Positions 19,723 to 29,548 of a stretch of 64,000 nt of DNA are shown here, piece after piece. The notes under the pieces were generated by a model. That model saw nothing but the letters and a program-made list of their open reading frames with translations, was not told the DNA's origin and searched no databases. Position 1 is the first letter of the stretch; each line of letters begins with the position of its first letter. Source of the DNA: a bacterium (GTDB lineage: Bacteria; Zhuqueibacterota; QNDG01; DSAB01); the NCBI GenBank assembly GCA_011388275.1, contig DSAB01000070.1:29-64028 (forward strand). The letters are read 5' to 3'. A program made the translations under genes and the position numbers.

Positions 19723-19750
19723 TTTGACGAGTCAACTCGAACACCCAAAG

Positions 19751-19780
19751 GGCAGTGATTCTATCACTGCCTTTTTTTTT
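19751..19780 (+). terminator. Rho-independent terminator after tonB.
   Basis: GGCAGTGAT-tct-ATCACTGCC followed by T9. Confidence 0.7.
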
Positions 19781-19799
19781 CCGATTGTACGGCTGATCT

Positions 19800-20789
19800 A
19801 TGGATTTTATTGATGAAGTGACATTGTGGGTTTCCGCGGGCCGCGGTGGTGACGGATGTATCGCTTTTCGCAGGGAGAAGTTTGTTCCCAAAGGAGGGCC
19901 CTGTGGAGGAGACGGCGGAGACGGCGGATCGGTCGTTTTCAGGGCCGAGAATAATCTGTCTACCTTGCTGGATCTGCGTCATCGAAAAAAAGTCCGAGCC
20001 GAAAACGGGAAACAGGGCAAAGGCGGCAACATGACCGGTAAAAAGGGAGAGTCCGTCGTGGTTGCGGTTCCCCGTGGGACCCTGGTCTATGACGAAGAAG
20101 GCCGGATTCTCGCGGACCTGACCGAATCGGGGCAGCAATGGGTGGCGGCCGAAGGTGGAAAAGGCGGTAAAGGGAACACCCGGTTCGCCACATCCACTCG
20201 ACAGACTCCTGATTTCAGTGAGCCCGGGACACCCGGAGAGAAGCGAAAGCTCAGACTGGAATTGAAGCTTCTGGCAGATGCCGGGCTGGTCGGCCATCCC
20301 AACGCGGGGAAGTCGACCCTTCTGGCCCGCCTGTCATCGGCCCGGCCCAAGATTGCGGATTATCCCTTTACAACGCTGGTTCCCAACCTGGGCATCGTCG
20401 ATTTGGGCGGGTATCAAAGCATGGTTCTGGCCGATATTCCGGGGCTCATCGAGGGTGCTCATCAGGGAAAAGGACTGGGTGATCGGTTTCTGCGGCATAT
20501 CGAGCGGACCCGCGTATTGCTGTTGATGGTTGATGCGCACAGCATGGAGCCCGGGACCGCTGTGGAAAAACTGATCGGCGAACTCAAGCTGTTCAACCCG
20601 GAGATAATTCGAAAATCAAAACTGGCGATTCTAAACAAAATCGATCTTTTAACTGATGAAGAACGGCAGGCTTTGCCGAATCGTATTGAAGGGATAACGG
20701 CTGTCGCGTTATCCGCGGTTACCGGAGAAGGAATTCAACATTTAATACAAAAGCTGGCGGAGGTGATGGGAGGTGGACGGGAAACATGA
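19800..20789 (+). CDS. obg: GTPase Obg/CgtA.
   Basis: N-terminal Obg fold MDFIDEVTLWVSAGRGGDGCIAFRREKFVPKGGPCGGDGGDGGSVVF. G domain GHPNAGKSTLL, DIPGLIEGA, NKID. Confidence 0.9.
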   Translation: MDFIDEVTLWVSAGRGGDGCIAFRREKFVPKGGPCGGDGGDGGSVVFRAENNLSTLLDLRHRKKVRAENGKQGKGGNMTGKKGESVVVAVPRGTLVYDEEGRILADLTESGQQWVAAEGGKGGKGNTRFATSTRQTPDFSEPGTPGEKRKLRLELKLLADAGLVGHPNAGKSTLLARLSSARPKIADYPFTTLVPNLGIVDLGGYQSMVLADIPGLIEGAHQGKGLGDRFLRHIERTRVLLLMVDAHSMEPGTAVEKLIGELKLFNPEIIRKSKLAILNKIDLLTDEERQALPNRIEGITAVALSAVTGEGIQHLIQKLAEVMGGGRET

Positions 20790-21909
20790 TGAGAGCGCCC
20801 TGTTGATGCTGTCATCCGTTCCGGGAATCGGACCGGCACGGATCAGAAATCTGATAGGAAGGTTTCAAACGGCTGAAGCGGTGCTCAGCGCCTCTTCGGC
20901 GGATATAAAACGGGTCGAGGGAATCGATGAGCGGCTGGCCGAAGCCTTGCGTCGAGCGCCTTCCCGTTCCTGGGCGGATAAACAGCGTGAGAAATTGAAA
21001 GCACACGAAGGCCGTCTCGTCTCATACTGGGATGACGACTATCCGGAACTGCTTCGAAAAATATACGATCCGCCGGTTCTGCTCTTTATTCGGGGACAAG
21101 TTGCACTTTCGGCCCAAAAGACCCTGGCCATAGTGGGTACGAGACGGCCGACCAGTTACGGGCGAATGGCTGCCGCCTATCTGGCCGAGGCATGCGTCCG
21201 CGAGGGTGTGGTGGTGGTCAGCGGACTGGCCAGAGGTATCGATACCGTGGCTCACGAGAAAACGATTCAATCCGGAGGAGGAACCATCGGAGTCATGGGT
21301 TCAGGCCTGGATATTCCGTATCCTCCGGAAAACCGCGGTTTGATAAACAGGATGTTTCAGGATGGGTGCGTTGTTTCCGAATTTCCCATGGGCACGGAAC
21401 CGGCGGCCGGACATTTTCCCCGGCGCAACCGGATTATCGCGGGACTCTGCCGCGGAACGGTGGTTGTCGAAGCGGGAGAACGAAGCGGAGCGCTCATCAC
21501 AGCGGCACTGGCCTTGGAGCAGGGTCGTGAAGTCTTCGCCGTTCCGGGATCAATAAAAAACAAGGCAGCCAGAGGTCCGCATCGATTGATCAGGGACGGC
21601 GCGAAACTGGTCGAAAATATCGAAGATGTTTTTATCGAAATCCCGGGCTGGCAGACTTCATCTGCGGAAACCGTGAAACAGAGGGTTATGCTCACGAATA
21701 AAGAGAGGCAGGTATGGGCCGTATTGACACAAACTGATTCCAAACATGTGGATAACATCGCCGGGGAGACCGGGCTGAATCCTTCGGAATGTTTGAGCCT
21801 GCTCCTCTCCATGGAGCTGAAAGATTGCGTGCAGCAGCACAACGGAATGCTGTTCACCAGGAGTGACTGTGATGTCGACGATTTCGATCGTGAAATGTCT
21901 CGAATATGA
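20773..21909 (+). CDS. dprA: DNA-processing protein DprA (Smf).
   Basis: N-terminal SAM/HhH. Rossmann core LAIVGTRRPTSYG...VVSGLARGIDTVAHE. C-terminal winged-helix-like tail. Overlaps obg by 17 nt. Confidence 0.85.
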   Translation: MDGKHDESALLMLSSVPGIGPARIRNLIGRFQTAEAVLSASSADIKRVEGIDERLAEALRRAPSRSWADKQREKLKAHEGRLVSYWDDDYPELLRKIYDPPVLLFIRGQVALSAQKTLAIVGTRRPTSYGRMAAAYLAEACVREGVVVVSGLARGIDTVAHEKTIQSGGGTIGVMGSGLDIPYPPENRGLINRMFQDGCVVSEFPMGTEPAAGHFPRRNRIIAGLCRGTVVVEAGERSGALITAALALEQGREVFAVPGSIKNKAARGPHRLIRDGAKLVENIEDVFIEIPGWQTSSAETVKQRVMLTNKERQVWAVLTQTDSKHVDNIAGETGLNPSECLSLLLSMELKDCVQQHNGMLFTRSDCDVDDFDREMSRI

Positions 21910-22990
21910 GAAGGAGCTTGTATTTCAGAGTGTTCATGAGCTTTTGGATCGGTTGGGTGGTATCGGTTGTTTTGTCCAAAGCGGACAGACCGTTCTTTTA
22001 AAACCCAACATGCTGTCCGCCAAATCACCCCTTCAGGGAGTTACCACCCATCCGTTGATTCTGGAAGCCATGATTCATGAAGTTCAATCCGTCGGAGGTG
22101 AGGCATGGATCGGCGACAGCCCTTCCGGAGCTCTCAAGGGAATCGAGCGCTGCTGGGAAAATACCGGTTTTCTGGAGGTTGCGGAAAAAACGGGCGCCCG
22201 GATCATTCATTTTGAGGCCGGCGGTACCAAGATTTGCCGGGCCGGAAAAGAGATCTATCACCTGGCCAAATCCGTCATGGAAGCCGATGTGGTCATCAAT
22301 CTGCCGAAATTGAAAACACACGGGTTTACGCTTTATACCGGGGCCGTTAAAAACCTCTACGGAACCCTGCCCGGTTTTCAAAAGGCCATCTATCATAAAA
22401 AACATCCGCATCCGGACCATTTCAGCCGGGTTTTGGTTGATCTGTACGGATTGGTGAACGCCCGGCTTCATGTCATGGACGGTGTGTTGGGCATGGAGGG
22501 AAATGGGCCGGCTACGGGAAAGAAGCGATGGACCGGGCTGCTGATGGCCGGATCAGACGGAGTGGCCCTGGACGCGGTGGCCGCTCATCTCATGGGATTC
22601 AGGGAGAATGAGATCGATGCCATACGCATCGCCTCCGAGAGAAACCTCGGCGAATCGTCTCTGCAGAACATTGAAATCCTGGGCCCGCAGCTCAAATCCT
22701 TGAGGTTTAAAGATTTCAAGCTTCCTTCCAACCGAATGATCTATCTGGTTCCGCAATGGCTCATCCGTTTGGTGGGTAAAATGCTCTGGGTCTGTCCTCA
22801 GGCCGATTATGAAAAGTGTACCGGATGCGGAATTTGTGCCCGAAGCTGTCCGGTCCACGCAATCGATCTGATTGAGGAAAAACCCGTTATCGACAACAGG
22901 AAATGTATCAACTGCCTTTGCTGCAATGAGTGCTGCCCTGAAGGCGCCATTTATCAGAAACTCAGTATGCTGGCAAAATATTTCGGATAA
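21863..22990 (+). CDS. DUF362-domain protein with C-terminal 2x[4Fe-4S] ferredoxin motifs.
   Basis: The DUF362 core has conserved K..N and HG motifs. C-terminal CTGCGICARSCP and CINCLCCNECCP clusters. The start (ATG at 21863/21872) overlaps the dprA 3' end by about 40 nt. Confidence 0.6.
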   Translation: MTVMSTISIVKCLEYEKELVFQSVHELLDRLGGIGCFVQSGQTVLLKPNMLSAKSPLQGVTTHPLILEAMIHEVQSVGGEAWIGDSPSGALKGIERCWENTGFLEVAEKTGARIIHFEAGGTKICRAGKEIYHLAKSVMEADVVINLPKLKTHGFTLYTGAVKNLYGTLPGFQKAIYHKKHPHPDHFSRVLVDLYGLVNARLHVMDGVLGMEGNGPATGKKRWTGLLMAGSDGVALDAVAAHLMGFRENEIDAIRIASERNLGESSLQNIEILGPQLKSLRFKDFKLPSNRMIYLVPQWLIRLVGKMLWVCPQADYEKCTGCGICARSCPVHAIDLIEEKPVIDNRKCINCLCCNECCPEGAIYQKLSMLAKYFG

Positions 22991-23057
22991 TCATCATGAT
23001 CGAAAGAGAATTCGTTTATCAAGAATCTGTTGATCAGGTTAGAGGGGAGGGTATTGG

Positions 23058-25130
23058 ATGAATGGCAAAAATGATAAAAGACCGATCAATTTTATCGAAA
23101 CGATTATTGAGGAAGACAGGCGCAAGGGCAAAAATGACGGCAGAGTCCATACCCGTTTTCCGCCGGAGCCGAACGGCTATTTGCATATCGGACACGCCAA
23201 ATCCATCTGTCTGAATTTCGGATTGGCTGAAAAATACGGCGGTCTGTGCAACCTCCGGTTTGATGACACCAATCCCACCAAAGAGTCTGTGGAATATATC
23301 GAGTCGATCAAACATGATGTGCGCTGGCTTGGTTTCGATTGGGAAGAACGTCTCTATTACGCGTCCGATTATTTTGAAAAGATGGTGAAGTACGCCGAGC
23401 AGTTGATTCGTGAGGGGAAAGCCTATGTGGACGATTCAACAGCGGATGAAATACGGGAATATCGCGGCACGCTGACACAGCCAGGCAAAGAAAGTCCCTG
23501 GAGGAATCGTTCCATCGAAGAGAACCTGGAGCTGTTTCAAAGGATGAAAAGCGGTGAATACCCCGACGGATCCAGGGTTTTAAGAGCCAAGATCGACATG
23601 GGTTCATCCAATTTAAACATGCGTGATCCGGTCATGTATCGGATTCTTCATGCCGCTCACCCTCGAACCGGGAAGAAATGGTGTATCTATCCAATGTACG
23701 ACTGGGCCCATGGATTGGAAGATTCCATTGAAAAGATCACCCATTCCATATGCACCCTTGAGTTCGAGGATCATCGTCCCCTTTATGACTGGTTTCTGGA
23801 TCAATTGCGAGTATTTCATCCGCGGCAGATCGAGTTCGCGCGTCTGAATCTGACGTATACAGTCATGAGCAAGAGGAAATTGCTGGATCTGGTTCAATCG
23901 GGAGAGGTGCAGGGATGGGATGATCCGCGAATGCCGACCCTTTCGGGTCTTCGGCGCAGGGGGTATACGCCCTCTTCCATACGCCAGTTCGCTGACCGTA
24001 TCGGCGTTGCCAAACGGGACAGCACCGTGGATATCGCCTTGCTTGAGTATTGCATTCGGGAAGAACTGAATGCACAGGCACGGCGTTTCATGGCGGTCTT
24101 AAGGCCTCTGAAAGTCATTATTACCAACTATCCTGAAGGCCGGGTTGAGAAGCTTGAAGCTGTGAACAATCCCGAAGATCCCTCAGCCGGGACCCGCAAA
24201 ATTCCTTTCTCGAGGGAGATCTATATCGAGAGGGATGATTTCATGCAAGATCCGCCGAAAAAGTTTTATCGGCTCGCTCCGGGCAGGGAGATCAGGCTGC
24301 GTTACGCGTATTTCATCACCTGTGAAAAGGTGATTCGAAACGAGGCCGGTGAAATAGAGGCGCTTCACTGCACTTACGATCCGGCTACGAGGGGCGGGGA
24401 CGCGCCCGACAACCGGCGCGTCAAGGCCACGCTGCACTGGGTCTCGGTTCCCCACGCCAGGAATGCCGAGGTTCGGCTCTATGACCGTTTGTTTGACGTC
24501 GAGTATCCGGAAGCGGATAAATCGGTTTCTTTTAAAGCGCATTTAAACCGCCACTCACTGGAAGTGATCGATCAGGCCAAACTGGAGCCGGCACTGTTTG
24601 AAACCGGAGATGAGCGGGTGCAATTCGAGCGTTTGGGGTACTTTATCAGGGACCCGGATTCCAGGCCGAATCGGCCTGTATACAATCGTATTATCACGCT
24701 TCGTGATGCATGGGCGCGTATCAGGGAGAAACAGCCGCCGCCGGAGGAGAGACGGGTTCAAACCGCCGGCACGGTTCGCGGAGATTCGGAGGAACGAATG
24801 AATGAAATAACAATCGATGATTTTCGAAAGATCGATCTTCGTGCGGGCAGGGTGGTGAAAGCTTCTCTGGTCGAAGGAGCCGACAAGCTGCTCAGTTTAC
24901 AGGTGGATGTGGGAGAAGAGACTCCCAGGCAGATATTCGCCGGGATCCGGTCCGCCTTTCCCGAACCGGAAGTCCTTGTGGGTAAAATGGTTATCGTTGC
25001 CGTTAATTTAGCACCCCGCAAGATGCGGTTCGGCGTGTCCCATGGCATGATTCTCGCCGGTACAGGCGAGGGCCGGCTGAGTTTGGCCACGTTTTCAGGG
25101 GATGCGGAACCCGGTGACTCGGTGACCTGA
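23058..25130 (+). CDS. glnS: Glutamine--tRNA ligase fused to a C-terminal Trbp111/EMAP-II-like tRNA-binding domain.
   Basis: The N-terminal ~560 aa are nearly co-linear with E. coli GlnRS ([26 protein letters not shown]; [10 protein letters not shown]; VMSKR). The C-terminal ~110 aa ([38 protein letters not shown]...[24 protein letters not shown]) resemble the Trbp111/CsaA/MetRS-C OB fold. Confidence 0.85.
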   Translation: MNGKNDKRPINFIETIIEEDRRKGKNDGRVHTRFPPEPNGYLHIGHAKSICLNFGLAEKYGGLCNLRFDDTNPTKESVEYIESIKHDVRWLGFDWEERLYYASDYFEKMVKYAEQLIREGKAYVDDSTADEIREYRGTLTQPGKESPWRNRSIEENLELFQRMKSGEYPDGSRVLRAKIDMGSSNLNMRDPVMYRILHAAHPRTGKKWCIYPMYDWAHGLEDSIEKITHSICTLEFEDHRPLYDWFLDQLRVFHPRQIEFARLNLTYTVMSKRKLLDLVQSGEVQGWDDPRMPTLSGLRRRGYTPSSIRQFADRIGVAKRDSTVDIALLEYCIREELNAQARRFMAVLRPLKVIITNYPEGRVEKLEAVNNPEDPSAGTRKIPFSREIYIERDDFMQDPPKKFYRLAPGREIRLRYAYFITCEKVIRNEAGEIEALHCTYDPATRGGDAPDNRRVKATLHWVSVPHARNAEVRLYDRLFDVEYPEADKSVSFKAHLNRHSLEVIDQAKLEPALFETGDERVQFERLGYFIRDPDSRPNRPVYNRIITLRDAWARIREKQPPPEERRVQTAGTVRGDSEERMNEITIDDFRKIDLRAGRVVKASLVEGADKLLSLQVDVGEETPRQIFAGIRSAFPEPEVLVGKMVIVAVNLAPRKMRFGVSHGMILAGTGEGRLSLATFSGDAEPGDSVT

Positions 25131-25209
25131 TTGAAAGACCTTCACCCAAATCATAAATCTCTGCGGGTTCAACACGCGTTCGGAATTGATATCGGAAATG
25201 AAATTCATG

Positions 25210-25238
25210 TTGATTTACGCGATGAAAATGTTTATATT
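25210..25238 (+). promoter_or_regulatory. Candidate sigma-70 promoter for the tRNA-Ser pair.
   Basis: TTGATT, a 17-nt spacer, then TATATT, about 85 nt upstream of the first tRNA. Confidence 0.35.
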
Positions 25239-25323
25239 CCAACCTATTTGGAGGGTCGTCCTCAGGGGCAATGCACCATCCCGAATCTTTCGGCCGGGAC
25301 AAACCTGAACCTCCAGACAAACC

Positions 25324-25407
25324 GGAGGGCTAGACCTAATTGGTAAGGCAGCGGTCTTGAAAACCGCCGGGCTCACGCCCTTGGGAGTTCGAGTCTCCCG
25401 CCCTCCG
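25324..25407 (+). tRNA. tRNA-Ser (anticodon UGA), type II with a long variable arm; the D-arm is atypical.
   Basis: Acceptor GGAGGGC/GCCCTCC with discriminator G. Anticodon stem GCGGT/ACCGC, loop CTTGAAA (anticodon TGA). Variable stem-loop CGGGCTCACGCCC. T-arm GGGAG-TTCGAGT-CTCCC. No CCA is encoded. The D-arm pairing is unclear by eye. Confidence 0.6.
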
Positions 25408-25468
25408 CTTGAAAGATCGACGAATATCGAAGAGTTCTCTTACAATTTGATCAACAGATTCTTTGTCC

Positions 25469-25560
25469 GGAGAGGTGGCCGAGTCGGCTGAAGGCAGCCG
25501 CCTGCTAAGCGGTTGTAGGGGCACAAACTCCTACCGTGGGTTCGAATCCCACCCTCTCCG
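25469..25560 (+). tRNA. tRNA-Ser (anticodon GCU).
   Basis: Acceptor GGAGAGG/CCTCTCC plus G. D-arm GCC-GAGTCGGCTGAA-GGC. Anticodon loop CTGCTAA. Long variable arm. T-arm CGTGG-TTCGAAT-CCCAC. Closely resembles E. coli tRNA-Ser(GCU). Confidence 0.8.
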
Positions 25561-25583
25561 CATTTTTATGCCCGGAGTCTGAT

Positions 25584-27023
25584 ATGCGTGTCCAAAGGAA
25601 CCCGGTCGTTCGCTTCGCTCCCAGCCCTACAGGCGTATTGCATCTTGGAGGTGCCCGAACAGCCTTGTTTAATTATCTGTTTGCACGGCATCATAACGGC
25701 CGGTTCCTTCTGCGCATCGAAGATACCGATCGTGTTCGTTCTGCAGAATCCGTGACAGAAAGCATCCTCGAAAGCCTGCGATGGATGGGATTGAAGTGGG
25801 ACGGAGACATGATCATACAGTCCAGACGCCGCGACCGCCATAAAGCTTTCTGTTTTCGGTTGTGGGAAATGAAACGGGCTTATCCTTGTTTTTGCACGCT
25901 CGAGACACTTCGGAGAAAAAGAGAAATCGCGGAAAAGAATTCGGGTGATACCCGTTATGATGGTACATGCCGGGGTCTGGAAGAAGAGGAGGTTCGCAAA
26001 CGGATTCAGAACGGGGAATCCCATGTCCTTCGATTTCGAGTGCCTGAGGGAGAAACCGTATTTCAAGATCGAGTACGGGAACGGGTTCAGGTCAGTCATG
26101 ATACGCTGGATGATTTTGTAATTCTCCGTTCGGACGGGATGCCGGTTTATCAGGCGGCTGTGGTCGTCGATGATCATGATATGGGTATCACCCATGTGAT
26201 TCGCGGTGACGACCATCTTTCCAACACACCCAAGCAGATACTGCTCTATCAGGCAGCAGGCTGGCCGGTTCCCTGTTTCGCCCATGTTCCCATGATCCTT
26301 GGACCCGATAAAAAGAGACTTTCCAAAAGGTATGGGGCGACCTCTGTTGAGGCCTATCGTGAAGCCGGCTATCTGCCGCAGGCACTGGTGAATTATTTGG
26401 CTCTTTTGGGGTGGTCGCCGGGTGACAATCGCGAAATCATGACTCTGGATGAACTTGTTTTCTCATTTTCATTGGAGGGTATAACCAAAAATCCGGCTGT
26501 TTTCGATGAGACCAAACTGGTCTGGCTCAACGGACGAATTATTTCCGGAATGGACAGCGTCGAGCTCGTCGAAAAGGCGGCTCCATGGCTGATCGATTCC
26601 GGTTTGACTGATGAAGATTTCATACGCAATAATCCACAGTATATGATCAGGTTTGTGGAACTTTTAAAAGACAGAATCAGAAAATTGAAAGATTTCGCCG
26701 AAAAAGGCGGTTACTTTTTCAGGGATCCTGATCAATATGATGACAAGGCCTGCAAAAAGCATTGGAAGGTGCCCGAATCGGGCATTCGGCTGAAAACATT
26801 GCTGCCTTTGCTTAAACAAACGGAGTGGACCGTCGAAGCCCTGGAAAAGACGGTCAGGAAAGCGGCTGATGAGCAGCAGGAGAATGCCGGACAATGGATT
26901 CATCCTCTTCGAATCGCTTTGACCGGCTTCGGTGTCAGTCCGGGCATTTTTGAACTGGCCGCGGTTTTGGGCAGAGACTCCGTCCTGCGCCGCATACAAA
27001 ATGCTTTGAAAAGATTGCCCTGA
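25584..27023 (+). CDS. gltX: Glutamate--tRNA ligase.
   Basis: VRFAPSPTGVLHLGGARTALFNYLFARHHNGRFLLRIEDTDRVRS (HIGH-class). KLSKR motif. CxC...C zinc site. The ORF's upstream extension to 25536 overlaps the tRNA, so the ATG at 25584 was chosen. Confidence 0.85.
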   Translation: MRVQRNPVVRFAPSPTGVLHLGGARTALFNYLFARHHNGRFLLRIEDTDRVRSAESVTESILESLRWMGLKWDGDMIIQSRRRDRHKAFCFRLWEMKRAYPCFCTLETLRRKREIAEKNSGDTRYDGTCRGLEEEEVRKRIQNGESHVLRFRVPEGETVFQDRVRERVQVSHDTLDDFVILRSDGMPVYQAAVVVDDHDMGITHVIRGDDHLSNTPKQILLYQAAGWPVPCFAHVPMILGPDKKRLSKRYGATSVEAYREAGYLPQALVNYLALLGWSPGDNREIMTLDELVFSFSLEGITKNPAVFDETKLVWLNGRIISGMDSVELVEKAAPWLIDSGLTDEDFIRNNPQYMIRFVELLKDRIRKLKDFAEKGGYFFRDPDQYDDKACKKHWKVPESGIRLKTLLPLLKQTEWTVEALEKTVRKAADEQQENAGQWIHPLRIALTGFGVSPGIFELAAVLGRDSVLRRIQNALKRLP

Positions 27024-27037
27024 AATGATGAGGTGTT

Positions 27038-27379
27038 ATGGGATATTGTCCGAAATGCCGTTACGAATATGAAGACCATGTCCACCGCTGTCCGGATTGC
27101 AATGAGGAACTCATCGAGTCCCTCGTTCAGGAAGATCCGGAACTCGCGGAAAAGCGCTTCGTACCCATGCCGGGTCTCCCCGGCAGGGTCTATGCGGAGA
27201 TGGTTAAATCCGTACTGGAAAAACAGGGAATCCCCTGTTATATTCGGGCCGATGGTGTGACAGACACTCTGGGTATCAGCGGAACGAGCCCGGTAGCCGG
27301 GACTGTGAGGATCTTCGTTCCTGAAGACCGGCTGAAGGCCTGCATAAACATTCAGCAGAATATGCTGAATCATATTTAA
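27038..27379 (+). CDS. Small zinc-ribbon protein with a DUF2007-like (putative signal-transducing, PII-like) C-terminal domain.
   Basis: N-terminal CPKC...CPDC ribbon. The C-terminal GIPCYIRADG...VRIFVPEDRL resembles PF09413. Confidence 0.45.
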   Translation: MGYCPKCRYEYEDHVHRCPDCNEELIESLVQEDPELAEKRFVPMPGLPGRVYAEMVKSVLEKQGIPCYIRADGVTDTLGISGTSPVAGTVRIFVPEDRLKACINIQQNMLNHI

Positions 27380-27393
27380 GTCAGGATAGTAAA

Positions 27394-28677
27394 ATGGCCA
27401 GAAATCAATTTCGATCACCCAAAGGCATACGGGATGTTTTGCCTGAAGAGCAGCCTTACTGGCAGCATGTGGAATCCGTAATCCGTGAGACAGTCCGGCT
27501 TTTCGGATACGACAGGCTGGACCTTCCCGTATTTGAGGAGACGGCTCTTTTTCAAAGGGGAGTCGGAGAAGGAACCGATATCGTCGACAAAGAGATGTAC
27601 ACCTTCACAGACAGGAGTGACACGTCGATTACTCTGCGTCCGGAATTTACCGCCGGAACGATGAGAGCCTATCTCCAGAATGGAATGGCCAGTCTACCCA
27701 AACCGGTGAAACTGTGGTCCGCCGGGCCGGTTTTTCGGTATGAGCGTCCCCAGGCCGGACGTTTTCGCCAGCATACACAGTTCAATGTTGAAGCGATCGG
27801 CGACCAGGATCCCGCTCTGGATGTTGAGATTATGTCGGTTGCATGGCACCTTTATAAATCATTGGGATTTAAGAATTTGAGCTTTCAGGTAAATTCTATC
27901 GGGTGCGCGCGGTGCCGGCCGGGTTATCTGCACACACTGGTGGTATACTACAAAGATCACGTGAAAGAAATATGCGATGACTGCGGCAAGCGGCTGCAGA
28001 AGAATCCGCTGCGTCTGCTTGACTGCAAGCAGGATCAATGTCAGCCTGTTATTCGAAACGCTCCGCCCATGGTTGAAATGCTCTGTCAGGAGTGCAGCGT
28101 TCACTTTCATGCATTGCGAACCTATCTGGACGAGCTGGGCCGTCCCTATCAATTGAATAACCGGCTGGTCAGAGGGCTGGATTACTACACCAAAACGGTT
28201 TTTGAGGTCTGGGCGCAGGATATCGGCGCGCAGAATGCCGTGTGCGGAGGCGGGCGGTATGATGGACTGGCCGAAGTTTTGGGTGGGCCACCCACACCGG
28301 GGGTTGGGTTCGCTTCCGGGCTGGAAAGAATCATCCTGACCATGAAGGAACAAAATGTCGAGATTCCCCAGGTACCGGGACCCCGCGTTTTTCTGGCTGC
28401 TCAGACGGAGTCTGCAAACCGCGTGATCGTGCGGATGCTGTCCGATTTGCGGGAAGCCGGCATTGCGGGTGTCATGGGTTTCGGCGGCCGCAGCCTGAAA
28501 GCCCGGCTTCGGGAAGCCAATCGTCGCGGCGCCCGATATGTTCTGATACTGGGCGAGAGTGAACTCAGCCGAAAACGGATCCAGATCAAGAATATGCAGG
28601 GCGGCGAGCAAAGGGAAATCGCTTTCGAAGAGGTCGTATCTTTCTTTAAGGAAGGAGATGGTTCTGTATCCTCGTAA
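27394..28677 (+). CDS. hisS: Histidine--tRNA ligase with a Cys-rich insertion domain.
   Basis: Class II motifs (YWQHVE..FGY; RPEFTAGTMRAY; GGGRYDGL; GFASGLERI). C-terminal anticodon-binding domain. The insertion domain carries CARC, CDDC, Cx4C and CQEC. Confidence 0.9.
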   Translation: MARNQFRSPKGIRDVLPEEQPYWQHVESVIRETVRLFGYDRLDLPVFEETALFQRGVGEGTDIVDKEMYTFTDRSDTSITLRPEFTAGTMRAYLQNGMASLPKPVKLWSAGPVFRYERPQAGRFRQHTQFNVEAIGDQDPALDVEIMSVAWHLYKSLGFKNLSFQVNSIGCARCRPGYLHTLVVYYKDHVKEICDDCGKRLQKNPLRLLDCKQDQCQPVIRNAPPMVEMLCQECSVHFHALRTYLDELGRPYQLNNRLVRGLDYYTKTVFEVWAQDIGAQNAVCGGGRYDGLAEVLGGPPTPGVGFASGLERIILTMKEQNVEIPQVPGPRVFLAAQTESANRVIVRMLSDLREAGIAGVMGFGGRSLKARLREANRRGARYVLILGESELSRKRIQIKNMQGGEQREIAFEEVVSFFKEGDGSVSS

Positions 28678-29467
28678 AACAGTTATTCCTCCTCTTCGAA
28701 TTCTTTTTATCTTGCTGACGATGACATTTATGCTGATTATCGGCCTGCACCTCGTGTGGGATTTCGGCAATCCGCGATGGAAGACGCTGGCGCTGGAGAT
28801 TTGCGTTCTCTTACCCTCGCTGATCTATTTGAGAATCCGAAGAGGGTCACCGGCTCGAGCATTCATGTGGCGCAGAGCCGGATTTCCCTGGCTGATAAGC
28901 GCGTTGTTTCTGGGATTGGGGCTGAGTCTGCTGGCCGATGAGCTGGATCGGTTTATTCAAAGGTTCGTTCCAATGAACCAGGATATTCTAAAGGGTATCC
29001 AGGAAGCCCTGATCGCACGGACGCCGCTGGATTGGGCGCTGATTATTCTGGGAGTCGTCATCGTTGCTGCCGTTGCCGAAGAGTCGCTTTTTCGCGGCCT
29101 GGTTTTACAGACCATGGAAACAACCCATACACAGAGGAGGGCCGTTCTGGCATCCGCCTTTGTGTTTTCGCTGCTTCATTTCAATCCATGGTGGCTGCTG
29201 GAAATTTTCATTCTGGGTCTGGTTTTGGGATGGCTGACCATCCGATCCCGAAGTATCTGGCCGGCTGTTACGATGCATGCGGTTCGAAACGGCCTTTCGG
29301 TCTGTTTTATTAACACCGATCCAGTGAAAATGGAATGGTTGTTCGGCGACTCCGGACTGAAGAGCCCCTGGTTTGCCGCTGCAGCGGCTTTAACAGCAGC
29401 GGGTTTCTGGATTTTGATCAAAACGCCCGGCAAAACCCTTCGGAGAGAAGCGTGTTTTGATGAATGA
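28658..29467 (+). CDS. CPBP-family (CAAX/Abi) intramembrane metalloprotease.
   Basis: Multi-TM. Motif 1 EESLFRGLV, motif 2 FSLLHF, motif 3 HAVRN. Strong RBS AAGGAGG. Overlaps the hisS end by 20 nt. Confidence 0.7.
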   Translation: MVLYPRKTVIPPLRILFILLTMTFMLIIGLHLVWDFGNPRWKTLALEICVLLPSLIYLRIRRGSPARAFMWRRAGFPWLISALFLGLGLSLLADELDRFIQRFVPMNQDILKGIQEALIARTPLDWALIILGVVIVAAVAEESLFRGLVLQTMETTHTQRRAVLASAFVFSLLHFNPWWLLEIFILGLVLGWLTIRSRSIWPAVTMHAVRNGLSVCFINTDPVKMEWLFGDSGLKSPWFAAAAALTAAGFWILIKTPGKTLRREACFDE

Positions 29468-29548
29468 TCGGGTTTCCGTCCTGCACCTGATTCGTCAGCA
29501 GGGCGGCAGGCCACTGTTTCATTGAGAATTGATCCCGAGAGGCTGTCA

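Noticed and set aside
25250-25300. Possible third tRNA upstream of the first tRNA-Ser (GGAGGGTCGTCC...).
   Set aside because: It shares the acceptor-like 5' end but has no T-loop (GTTCGA/TTCGA) or anticodon stem-loop. Probably a remnant or chance similarity.
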